From the NCBI GenBank assembly GCA_025060625.1, contig JANXBR010000001.1:1-55814 (forward strand): a DNA stretch of 55,814 bases, read 5' to 3'. Both the position numbers and the translations under genes were made by a program. This DNA is from Thermodesulfovibrio sp. (GTDB lineage Bacteria; Nitrospirota; Thermodesulfovibrionia; Thermodesulfovibrionales; Thermodesulfovibrionaceae). How positions within the stretch are numbered: the first letter of the stretch is position 1; the number at the start of each line of letters is the position of its first letter. Below, piece by piece: positions 27,439 through 36,379 of the stretch. Under the pieces are notes generated by a model. The model was not told the origin of the DNA. It made no database searches and saw nothing but the letters and a program-made list of their open reading frames with translations.

Positions 27439-28227
27439 ATGTTAAGGTCCCTTTTTACAGCATCAACAGGAATGTATGCACAACAATTGAACTTAGATGT
27501 AATTTCCCACAATCTTGCCAATGTTAATACTACAGGATTCAAAAAAGGAAGAGCAGAGTTTCAGGATTTGCTCTATCAAAATATTATTAATCCAGGAGCT
27601 CCCTCTGATGATGGAACTCAATATCCCTCAGGAATTCAAGTTGGTCTTGGCGTAAGACCAGTGGCTGTGGCAAAGTTTTTTACTACCGGTGATCTTATAA
27701 ACACTGGAAATGACCTTGATTTAGCCATTGATGGAGATGGATTCTTTCAGGTAAGTTTACCAGATGGAACTATTGCTTACACAAGAGCAGGAAACTTCAG
27801 AATTGATAGAGATGGAAGAATTGTAACAAATGATGGATATCCCCTTGAACCAGGCATTACAGTGCCAGCGGATGCAATAAAGATAACAATTGGTGCTGAC
27901 GGAACTGTGACAGTGCTTCAGCCTGGAACTGTTGCTCCTGTGCAAATTGGAACTATTGAACTTGCGAGATTTATAAATCCAGGAGGACTGCAGTCAATTG
28001 GTAGAAATCTCTTTCTTGAAACAGATGCCTCAGGAGCTCCAACTACTGGAGCCCCTGGTACCGAAGGTAGGGGCAAAATTGTTCAGGGTTTTTTGGAGAT
28101 GTCCAATGTAAATGTTGTTGAAGAACTTGCCAATATGATCATTGCTCAAAGAGCTTTTGATATTAACTCTAAGGCTGTGCAGACATCTGATGAAATGTTA
28201 CAAACTGTAGCAGCAATTAAAAGATAA
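27439..28227 (+). CDS. flgG: Flagellar distal rod protein FlgG
   Basis: [43 protein letters not shown]. Confidence 0.96.
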   Translation: MLRSLFTASTGMYAQQLNLDVISHNLANVNTTGFKKGRAEFQDLLYQNIINPGAPSDDGTQYPSGIQVGLGVRPVAVAKFFTTGDLINTGNDLDLAIDGDGFFQVSLPDGTIAYTRAGNFRIDRDGRIVTNDGYPLEPGITVPADAIKITIGADGTVTVLQPGTVAPVQIGTIELARFINPGGLQSIGRNLFLETDASGAPTTGAPGTEGRGKIVQGFLEMSNVNVVEELANMIIAQRAFDINSKAVQTSDEMLQTVAAIKR

Positions 28228-28249
28228 ATAAGGTTCAGAGGAGAAAGTT

Positions 28250-28921
28250 ATGAAAGTGATAAAATTTGTGACTCTATTGTTGATAATTCTTATATTTGCC
28301 AACTCAGTTTTAGCTCTTGATAGTTTTGAGATAACCAGTTTACTCTCAAAGGAAATAAAAAAATCCTCTTTAGCTAAGGAAGTTCAAATTGGACAGATAA
28401 GATTTATAGGATATGAACCCCGTGAAAGATGTCAACCAGAAAACCTTAGCATCAGAGAAATAAAAAGACCAAACTCAGTAGAATTCACATTTAAATGTGG
28501 AAAAGGAAACTACAGAGCAATTGCCAACTATGAGATTCTTACCAATGTTTATGTTACCCAGATGCCTATAAAAAGAGGGGAAACAATTAGTGAAGAAAAG
28601 ATAGTTGAAATAAAACAACCTATAAGCAAACTTCCAGTTGGAGCAATTACTGATAAAAGTTTATTGATTGGAAAAATTACCAAAAGAAGCCTTGCAAAGG
28701 GATTAATAATTAAAGAGGAGTATCTATACAGCAACATACTCTTAAAAAAGGGGAGCAAGGTAAATATAGTTGTAAATGTGGGACAGGTCATGATAATGAC
28801 AGAGGGTGTTTTAAAGTCTGACACAATTGTTGGAGAAACGGCTCGTGTAGAGTGTTTTCAAACTGGCAAGGAAATTGTAGGTAAATTAATAGATAAAGAA
28901 AATGTGAGGGTAACGCTATGA
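28250..28921 (+). CDS. flgA: P-ring formation chaperone FlgA
   Basis: Signal peptide, SAF-like region (IKRGETI, LLKKGSKV); canonical position between flgG and flgH. Confidence 0.85.
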   Translation: MKVIKFVTLLLIILIFANSVLALDSFEITSLLSKEIKKSSLAKEVQIGQIRFIGYEPRERCQPENLSIREIKRPNSVEFTFKCGKGNYRAIANYEILTNVYVTQMPIKRGETISEEKIVEIKQPISKLPVGAITDKSLLIGKITKRSLAKGLIIKEEYLYSNILLKKGSKVNIVVNVGQVMIMTEGVLKSDTIVGETARVECFQTGKEIVGKLIDKENVRVTL

Positions 28922-29634
28922 GAAAAGTTTTTTTATTACTTATCTTTACAATTTTTATTATGTCCTGTTCAGAACTAAGGGAGGTAAGGGAGATTAAAAA
29001 TGCTGGAATGCCACCAAAATATTATCCAGAGTCAACTCAGAATTATACACCTACTGAAGGTTCTCTATGGCGGAACAAAGCTTCTCTTTTTGAAGACAAA
29101 AAAGCCCGCAGAGTAAATGATCTTGTAACAATAATAATTAATGAGTCTACTTCAGCTCAAAAAACTGCAACAACTACTGCCTCAAGAAACTCTTCAACAA
29201 ACTATGGACTTGATACACTATTTGGGATGAATACTGATTTTAATATACAAAATCTTCCAATTATAAATGGATTTTACAAGGCGGCAAATATATTTTCACC
29301 TTCTGTAAAAGGTTCTGCAACAAGTAGTTTTAAAGGTGGTGGAGACACTGCAAGAACAGGAAACATTACAGGAACAATTACTGCCAAGGTAATTGAAGTT
29401 TTACCAAACGGTAATCTTGTTATTGAATCAAGAAAAGAGATAATAGTTAATAATGAGAAAGAAATTCTTGTTTTAAGAGGAATAATAAGACCTGATGATA
29501 TAAGTCAGAATAATACAGTTCTGAGTCAGTATGTGGCAGATGCTCAAATTTATCTTGTAGGTGAGGGAACAATTGGAGATAAACAGTCTCAAGGCTGGCT
29601 TGTCAGACTTCTTGATAAAATCTGGCCCTTTTAA
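28918..29634 (+). CDS. flgH: Flagellar L-ring lipoprotein FlgH
   Basis: Lipobox IMSC, LFEDKKARRVNDLVTI, VLPNGNL, GIIRPDDI, WPF terminus. Confidence 0.95.
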   Translation: MRKVFLLLIFTIFIMSCSELREVREIKNAGMPPKYYPESTQNYTPTEGSLWRNKASLFEDKKARRVNDLVTIIINESTSAQKTATTTASRNSSTNYGLDTLFGMNTDFNIQNLPIINGFYKAANIFSPSVKGSATSSFKGGGDTARTGNITGTITAKVIEVLPNGNLVIESRKEIIVNNEKEILVLRGIIRPDDISQNNTVLSQYVADAQIYLVGEGTIGDKQSQGWLVRLLDKIWPF

Positions 29635-29646
29635 AGGAGGTAAAGC

Positions 29647-30774
29647 ATGAAGAACCTGTTTATAAGAACAACAAAAGCTTTATTATTACTTCTATTGGTA
29701 TTCCTATTAACTTTATTTACAACTACTTCCTATGCAGAAAGAATAAAGGACATAGCTAATTGGTCAGGTATAAGAGAAAACCAACTTGTAGGCTATGGAC
29801 TTGTTGTTGGATTAAATGGAACAGGCGACAAGGATGGAACCTATCTCTATCAGCCAATCGCAAATATGTTAAGCAGAATGGGAATTACAGTAAATGTAAA
29901 AGACTTGAAGGGAAAAGTTAAAAATGTAGCTGCAGTTATGGTTACTGCCAAACTGTCTACCAATGTTAAACCGGGGACAAAGATAGATGTGCAAGTCTCT
30001 TCAATAGGAGATGCTAAATCCCTCCAAGGAGGAACTCTATTACTTACACCACTTATGGGACCTGATGGCGAAGTTTATGCTTTAGCACAGGGACCAATAT
30101 CAATCGGAGGATTTATAGCTGCAGGAAGGGCAGCTCAAACAACTAAAAACCATCAAAATGTTGGATATATTCCTGAGGGAGCTATTGTAGAAAAAACTGT
30201 TTCCGTTAATCTAAATGCAAAAAATGAACTTCAACTTCTTTTACAGTTTCCCGATATAACCACTGCCAGAAATATAGCTGAAAAAATAAATCAAATTTTT
30301 AAAACACTTGTTGCAAAAGTTCAGGACCCAGCAACAATCTCAGTTAATGTGCCACCAAATTACAAAGGAAATGTGCTTGATTTCATGGCTGAGGTAGAAA
30401 AAATAGAAGTTTCTACTGATTCACCTGCTCGTGTAGTTATTAATGAAAGAACTGGTACAGTTGTTATCGGTTCACATGTAAAAATAGCTCCTTCTGCACT
30501 TGCTCATGGTGGTTTAACAATAACAATAAAGGAAACACCGGAAGTCGTTCAGCCTCCTGCTCTTGCTCCAAGAGGGGCAACAACCGAAACAGTTCCAAGA
30601 ACAGAGTTAAAGGCAGAGGAAAAGCAAGCCTCTTTGGTTGAAATTAAAGGTTCCACAGTGGGAGAGCTTGTACGGGCATTAAATGCTTTGGGTGTTACAC
30701 CAAAGGATTTGATCTCTATCCTTCAGGCACTTAAAACCTCTGGTGCATTGAAAGCTGATTTGGTAATAATGTGA
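29647..30774 (+). CDS. flgI: Flagellar P-ring protein FlgI
   Basis: RIKDIA, NQLVGYGLVVGLNGTGD, SLQGGTLL.TPL, VVINERTGTVV. Confidence 0.97.
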   Translation: MKNLFIRTTKALLLLLLVFLLTLFTTTSYAERIKDIANWSGIRENQLVGYGLVVGLNGTGDKDGTYLYQPIANMLSRMGITVNVKDLKGKVKNVAAVMVTAKLSTNVKPGTKIDVQVSSIGDAKSLQGGTLLLTPLMGPDGEVYALAQGPISIGGFIAAGRAAQTTKNHQNVGYIPEGAIVEKTVSVNLNAKNELQLLLQFPDITTARNIAEKINQIFKTLVAKVQDPATISVNVPPNYKGNVLDFMAEVEKIEVSTDSPARVVINERTGTVVIGSHVKIAPSALAHGGLTITIKETPEVVQPPALAPRGATTETVPRTELKAEEKQASLVEIKGSTVGELVRALNALGVTPKDLISILQALKTSGALKADLVIM

Positions 30775-30782
30775 GGGAAAGA

Positions 30783-31511
30783 ATGATAGAGAGAGTTAAT
30801 ACACAAACATTAAATAACTTTACTGAAAAAGCTGAGCTTTCAAAAAAGATAGAGACCATTTTCCTTACTGAACTAATAAAGGTTTTGTTAGCAAACACAT
30901 CTTTTTCCGAGGGTAAAACAACCTCTACATACATGACAGCTGTTATCCCTCAAATAGCTGAAATGTTCTCAGAACGAGAGATAGGAATTGGAAAATTTTT
31001 AACTGAAAATCCAAATTTTTTAGCCAGTATTACTAAAAATCAAAAAATTGAACTGAAACCATCTTCAGATAATCAGGAGCAAAATCAAAAACCCATTCTA
31101 CCCAAAAAAATCTCTTTACCAGTATCTGGAAAAATAACTTCATATTTTGGATTAAGAACAGACCCGATAGATGGAAAACTTAGACATCATAATGGAATAG
31201 ACATAGCAGTTCCTGAAGGCACCGAAATTAAATCTATTTTCTCTGGAAAGGTTGTTTATTCTGGTTATAGTGAAACATATGGAAACTGTGTAATAGTGGA
31301 ACATGACAATGGACTCCAGACAGTTTATGCTCACAACTCTAAGAATCTTGTTAAAAAAGGTGATAGAGTATCTCCAGATACAGTAATTGCTCTTTCTGGT
31401 TCAACAGGTAGGACAACAGGTCCTCATCTTCATTTTGAAGTAAGAAAAGACGGTAAACCTCTCAATCCTCTTATAGCATTAAAGGATTCTCAGAAAGCGA
31501 CGATTATATAA
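30783..31511 (+). CDS. flgJ: FlgJ-like protein: rod-binding domain fused to M23 peptidase
   Basis: Follows flgI. N-terminus is rod-binding-like (IETIFLTELIK...QIAEMFSE..IGIGKFL). C-terminus is M23 (HNGIDIA, YAHN, TGPHLHFEVR). Confidence 0.78.
   Translation: MIERVNTQTLNNFTEKAELSKKIETIFLTELIKVLLANTSFSEGKTTSTYMTAVIPQIAEMFSEREIGIGKFLTENPNFLASITKNQKIELKPSSDNQEQNQKPILPKKISLPVSGKITSYFGLRTDPIDGKLRHHNGIDIAVPEGTEIKSIFSGKVVYSGYSETYGNCVIVEHDNGLQTVYAHNSKNLVKKGDRVSPDTVIALSGSTGRTTGPHLHFEVRKDGKPLNPLIALKDSQKATII
31480..31506 (+). promoter_or_regulatory. Sigma28 promoter for flgM-flgN-flgK-flgL
   Basis: TAAA-N15-GACGATTA versus consensus TAAA-N15-GCCGATAA; inside the 3' end of flgJ, 32 nt before flgM. Confidence 0.7.
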
Positions 31512-31538
31512 GCAAAACTAAAAAGGAGGTAGTCTATT

Positions 31539-31838
31539 ATGATAGGTGGACCAATAAGAATAGATGGAATAGCACCAAATACACAAATATCTCCTGAAAA
31601 ATCTTATGGTAAAGCTCCTGAAAGAAGTGAGGAGGTTCTTACGAAGGATCAAGTTACAGTATCTGAAGCTGCAAAAAATATATCAAGACTAATGATAGAG
31701 GTGAGCAATATTCCTGATATAAGAACAGACAAAGTAGAAGAGCTTAAAAATGCTATAAACTCAGGCACCTATGAAGTAAGAGGCAGTGAAGTTGCTGGAA
31801 AGATTATAAAGGAGGCTTTAATTGACAAACTTGTATAG
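31539..31838 (+). CDS. flgM: Anti-sigma28 factor FlgM
   Basis: DQVTVS, DIRTDKVEELKNAINSGTYEV...VAGKII. Confidence 0.93.
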   Translation: MIGGPIRIDGIAPNTQISPEKSYGKAPERSEEVLTKDQVTVSEAAKNISRLMIEVSNIPDIRTDKVEELKNAINSGTYEVRGSEVAGKIIKEALIDKLV

Positions 31839-32262
31839 TGAACTAATAGATATTCTAAATGAAGAGAAGAAAGTTCTTGAAGCTCTATTTAAAATAGTAT
31901 CTGAAGAAAGGGATGCTATTGTTGGACTTAATTCCTCAGAGCTTGAAAAAATCCTTAGAGAAAAAGAGCAAATCCTTGTAAAACTCTCTTTATGGGAAGA
32001 AGAGAGAATTAAGCTATTAAATAAATATGGATTGAAAAAGTCTAATATTAGTGAAATCATTAAAAGTTGTAATGATTTATCTATTTCAGAAAAACTGAAA
32101 GATTTGTATAATACTATGAAAACTCTTTTAAGTGCTATTTCTGATATTCAGAAAATTAATGAACAACTAATTGACCGTTCCATTTCAAATATTGGAGCAG
32201 CAATAAAATTTCTTGAAACTTTTGGGATAACTCCCAAAAGAAATCTATCAATGGAGGCATAG
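31822..32262 (+). CDS. flgN: Flagellar export chaperone FlgN
   Basis: Helical 146 aa between flgM and flgK (EERDAI, INEQLI). TTG start after GGAGG. Confidence 0.85.
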   Translation: MTNLYSELIDILNEEKKVLEALFKIVSEERDAIVGLNSSELEKILREKEQILVKLSLWEEERIKLLNKYGLKKSNISEIIKSCNDLSISEKLKDLYNTMKTLLSAISDIQKINEQLIDRSISNIGAAIKFLETFGITPKRNLSMEA

Positions 32263-34149
32263 ATGAGCCTTACAGCTCTATTTGATATAGGAAAAACAGG
32301 TGTACTTTCTTATCAGAAAGCTCTTGAAGTAATATCCCATAACATATCAAATGCTACGACTGAGGGATATACGAGACAGGATGTGATTTTTCAAAATATG
32401 GAATCAGGACTTAGAAGCATGGCAGGAGTTTCGGGAAGAGGAGTAAAAATAGTTGATATTCATAGAATGTACGACTCCTTTATAGACCTTCAGCTTAAAA
32501 CAGAAAGCTCAAATCTTGCTTATTGGGATGTGATCTATAATGGAATGTTAAGACTTGAGCATATCTTCAATGATGCCTCTGATATTGCCTTGAGTAACTC
32601 AATAAATGATTTTTTTAATGCCTGGCAGGAACTAAGTCAGAATCCCGCTGGAACTGCAGAAAGGGCACTTCTTATTGATAAAGCCAATTATCTAACTAAG
32701 AGACTAAATATCTCATACAGATCACTAATTGATGAAAGACAGGAGATTTACAAGGATACACAAAATCTTGTTGATCAGATCAATAAATATCTTGATCAGA
32801 TTTATGAACTTAACGAAAAGATTGCAGCAAATCCTGGTTCTCTTGATGCCAAAGATCAGAGAGACAATCTTGTAAGAAAACTTTATGATATTGTTCAGAT
32901 AACCTACTTTCCAGATAATGTAGGTAGATACACCATCTTACTTAGTGGAATGCCAATGGTTGATGGAGGAAAGGTATATCATTTAAGTGTAGGACTTGAC
33001 AACAAACAAAATATGAGATTTAATCTTGAGACTGTCTCAGGAACTATTGATGTTACGAGTTTAATTCATGGTGGAAAGTTAAAGGCAGAGATAGACCTAA
33101 GGGATAACAAAATACCTGAATACATGGAAAAACTTAATATGTTCGTTTTTGATTTTACAGAAGCTATAAATGCTCAGCATAGATTGGGATATGGAATAAA
33201 TGGAAGCATAGGTTACAATCTCTTTGATTCACTCTATAATCTTACGATTAATACTCCTACTCTTACCCAGATAAACACAGGTAGTTTTACTGACATTAAA
33301 TATAGAATAAATAACATAAATGCAAATACATTTAATCCTCAACAAATACAGTTTAATGGAGTAAATTGGACAGTAAACGGAAATCCTCTCACCTCATCTC
33401 AAGTAAGCTCATGGACTGAAGGAGGTAAAGTATATTATAAATTAAACTTCAACAATATGGAGGTTATTCTTGAAAATCCAAGCAATAATTTAGATTTTAC
33501 TCTTCAAATACCATACGCAGATTTAAAATTTAAGATAAATAACATAAATGAAAACAGCTATGATAACTACAGAATTCAGTATAATGGAAATAACTGGACA
33601 GTTACAAACACAAGCACAGTACCTCCTACAGGAATAACGCCAAATATAACACCAATAACTAATGGATTTGTACTAAGCTTCAATGGTATTGATGTTACAA
33701 TAAAAAATCCCTCAAATAATCTTGATTTTAACTTTCAGATCAAACAACACTCTTCATTGTTGTTCAATGTGGCAGTAAAAGATAGTGAAAAAATAGCTGC
33801 TTCAGGTGCAGATCCAAAGAGTCCAAACAGTGGGAAAATGGATAATGAAAATGCAAGATTAATATATTCCCTTTTAGATGAACAAATAATTGGAAACTCA
33901 ATGCCAGTAGATTTTTACAGAGAGATCGTATCGGAAGTTGGAGTTTATTCATTAAGTGCCCAAACACAAAAAACTTTTCAGAAAGCTCTTGTTGAGGAAA
34001 TGGAAAAAAGAAGACAGGATATATCTGGAGTAAGTCTTGATGAAGAAGCGATAAATCTCATAAAGTATCAGAAAATGTATGAAGCCTCTGCAAGAGTAAT
34101 AAGAGTTGCCAATGAAATACTGACAACACTTTTTGATATGATAAGTTAA
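32263..34149 (+). CDS. flgK: Hook-associated protein FlgK
   Basis: SHNISNA.TEGYTRQ, FFNAWQELS.NP, SGVSLDEEAINLIKYQ.MYEASAR. Confidence 0.96.
   Translation: MSLTALFDIGKTGVLSYQKALEVISHNISNATTEGYTRQDVIFQNMESGLRSMAGVSGRGVKIVDIHRMYDSFIDLQLKTESSNLAYWDVIYNGMLRLEHIFNDASDIALSNSINDFFNAWQELSQNPAGTAERALLIDKANYLTKRLNISYRSLIDERQEIYKDTQNLVDQINKYLDQIYELNEKIAANPGSLDAKDQRDNLVRKLYDIVQITYFPDNVGRYTILLSGMPMVDGGKVYHLSVGLDNKQNMRFNLETVSGTIDVTSLIHGGKLKAEIDLRDNKIPEYMEKLNMFVFDFTEAINAQHRLGYGINGSIGYNLFDSLYNLTINTPTLTQINTGSFTDIKYRINNINANTFNPQQIQFNGVNWTVNGNPLTSSQVSSWTEGGKVYYKLNFNNMEVILENPSNNLDFTLQIPYADLKFKINNINENSYDNYRIQYNGNNWTVTNTSTVPPTGITPNITPITNGFVLSFNGIDVTIKNPSNNLDFNFQIKQHSSLLFNVAVKDSEKIAASGADPKSPNSGKMDNENARLIYSLLDEQIIGNSMPVDFYREIVSEVGVYSLSAQTQKTFQKALVEEMEKRRQDISGVSLDEEAINLIKYQKMYEASARVIRVANEILTTLFDMIS
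33292..33741 (+). repeat. Intragenic tandem duplication (~76-aa unit x2) in flgK
   Basis: DIKYRINNINAN..IQFNGVNWTV..NPSNNLDFTLQI starting 33292 and DLKFKINNINEN..IQYNGNNWTV..NPSNNLDFNFQI starting 33520. Confidence 0.85.
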
Positions 34150-34179
34150 TTGTTTTTATCTTAAAAAGGAGGTAATAGA

Positions 34180-35604
34180 ATGAAAGTTACAAGTGGTTTT
34201 TCTTATAAAACCTTTATAAATGATATAAATGCACAGATAGAAGCAATGTATAAGGCTCAAAAAAGACTTACAACTGGTAAGAGGGTTCTTTCTCCAAGTG
34301 ATGATCCTGTTGCTGTTTCAAGAATAGTCAAATATAAAGTAGAGATTGCCGCCATTGAAGAATACGCAAGAGTAATTGACACAGGAAAAATATATAACTC
34401 TTCTATTGAAACAGCAATAAATGATCTAAAAAATATGTTGACAAAGGCAAAACAGTATGCAATCAATGGCTCAACTGATACACTTTCTGCTACCGATAGA
34501 AAGGCTTTAGCAAATGAAGTAGAAACCCTAATTCAGCGGAGTATTGAAACAATAAATACGAAGGTATCAGGTAGATATATATTCGGAGGATATAAAGCTG
34601 AAATTCCTCCAGTTGAAAAGTCAAATGGTCTTTATAATTCTGATAACAGTATCCAATATCTTGATATAAGTTTTTTCCTTGATGTTGGAGTAAATCTTCC
34701 AGCAACAGAGTTTTTCACATATCAGGTTGCTGAGACAGATCCTTACAGGAGTATTAAAGTTTTTACCCCTTACAATCAGACCGTTACAACCTTAGGAACA
34801 CAGTTACATGATGCAGACCCTCTTTCTGCTTTACTTATGAGACAGCCTACTACAGCTATAACTAATCCCTCAAATCCATTTACAACAAATGGTGGAACAA
34901 TCACAATAAAATTTGGTAACAAGAATCCCATTGATATTGTAATTGCTGCAAATTCCTCTTTAAATGATATTAGAGATGCAATAAATGCCCAAGCAGGTAA
35001 TTATGTTAAAGCATGGGTTGTAAATACAGGAAGTTCTTCAAGCCCTGACTACAGAATTGTAATAAACAGTGTGCCTAATGGAAAGTCTGATAAAATAAGA
35101 ATCAATGTAAACACTACAGATGCTGCTAATACTGGACTTAATCTTTTATCCTATGATCCTGAGTCAGGTTCTTTAGCCATGACACTTGAAGGAAACATAA
35201 ATGGCTATAACTATATAACTGATCCCACTGACACTAACTACTATAGCTTTAATAACAACTATCTTAATGAAAACTACTATCTTAGGACAATTCACTTTCT
35301 TAAAATTTCCCTTGAGAGTAATGACCAAGGAAGAATTCAGAAAGCGGTAGACTACTTTGACAAAATTGCAGACAAACTATATAAACAACAGTCAATCATA
35401 GGTGCAAGGTTAAATAAAATTGAAAGTATCAGCGACTATAATCTTGAACTTAAAACAAATACCAATCAGAGCCTTTCAAATGATAGGGATGCTGATGCTC
35501 TTCAGATTATCTCCGAACTTAATCGAAGGATGACAGTTCTTCAAGCTATGAGAATTACTCTTACGGACTTCTTCAAACAAAATCTTTTTGATTTTCTGAG
35601 ATGA
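34180..35604 (+). CDS. flgL: Hook-associated protein FlgL
   Basis: LTTGKRV..PSDDPV, GRYIFGG, IGARLN, NLFDFLR terminus. Confidence 0.94.
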   Translation: MKVTSGFSYKTFINDINAQIEAMYKAQKRLTTGKRVLSPSDDPVAVSRIVKYKVEIAAIEEYARVIDTGKIYNSSIETAINDLKNMLTKAKQYAINGSTDTLSATDRKALANEVETLIQRSIETINTKVSGRYIFGGYKAEIPPVEKSNGLYNSDNSIQYLDISFFLDVGVNLPATEFFTYQVAETDPYRSIKVFTPYNQTVTTLGTQLHDADPLSALLMRQPTTAITNPSNPFTTNGGTITIKFGNKNPIDIVIAANSSLNDIRDAINAQAGNYVKAWVVNTGSSSSPDYRIVINSVPNGKSDKIRINVNTTDAANTGLNLLSYDPESGSLAMTLEGNINGYNYITDPTDTNYYSFNNNYLNENYYLRTIHFLKISLESNDQGRIQKAVDYFDKIADKLYKQQSIIGARLNKIESISDYNLELKTNTNQSLSNDRDADALQIISELNRRMTVLQAMRITLTDFFKQNLFDFLR

Positions 35605-35649
35605 TTTAGCTATTATTAAAAATAGCAAACTTCTTAAAAGGAGCTATTA

Positions 35650-35940
35650 TTGTTAGTTCTCACTCGTAAAACAGGGCAGTCTATCAGAATTGGTGAAGAG
35701 ATAATCATAAAAATCATTGATATTGATGGTTCACAGGTTAAAATTGGCATTGAAGCACCAAAGGGCATATTAATATTCAGAGAAGAACTTTATGAGAAGC
35801 TCAAAGAGAGTAATATAGAGGCTTTAAAAACAGCCAAAGAGCTTAAAATTGACGATTTAATCAAACAAACTGAAAATCCATCTTCTCTCTCTGACTCACA
35901 TACTACAAAAGACTTTCATAAAAAGGAGAGTTTAGAATGA
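35650..35940 (+). CDS. csrA: Translational regulator CsrA with C-terminal extension
   Basis: [22 protein letters not shown]...IFREE, Asn55. TTG start after AGGAG. Confidence 0.95.
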   Translation: MLVLTRKTGQSIRIGEEIIIKIIDIDGSQVKIGIEAPKGILIFREELYEKLKESNIEALKTAKELKIDDLIKQTENPSSLSDSHTTKDFHKKESLE

Positions 35941-36347
35941 TTAAAATTAAATCAGAGAGATTTGGAGAACTCCAGATTGATGATAATGAGATAATTCAAT
36001 TTCCTCTTGGCATACCAGGCATTCCATTTACAAGATTTATTATTAAAGAACTGGTTGAGCCTGTTAAATGGCTTATAGCCATTGATGACACCGATGTTGC
36101 CATCCTTGTTATATCTCCATTCAAATATTTTCCTACATACGGGTTTGAATTAAGTGATGAAATAGTTTCAGTCTTAGAGGCTAAATCAGAGGAAGAAGTT
36201 GATGTATACGTATCCTTACTTAAACACAATGATGGAGTAGCTGCAAATCTTAAGTCACCCTTTATAATTAATAAAAATAAGAAAATTGGAGTTCAGATAA
36301 TTCTTGAAGATGAAAAATACAGTTTCAGAGAACCAATCAAAAAATAA
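35937..36347 (+). CDS. fliW: Flagellar assembly factor FliW
   Basis: [24 protein letters not shown]...GVQIIL; ATGA overlap with csrA. Confidence 0.92.
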   Translation: MIKIKSERFGELQIDDNEIIQFPLGIPGIPFTRFIIKELVEPVKWLIAIDDTDVAILVISPFKYFPTYGFELSDEIVSVLEAKSEEEVDVYVSLLKHNDGVAANLKSPFIINKNKKIGVQIILEDEKYSFREPIKK

Positions 36348-36379
36348 ATTTTATGGTATTATATTTAGAAAGGCTTTAA

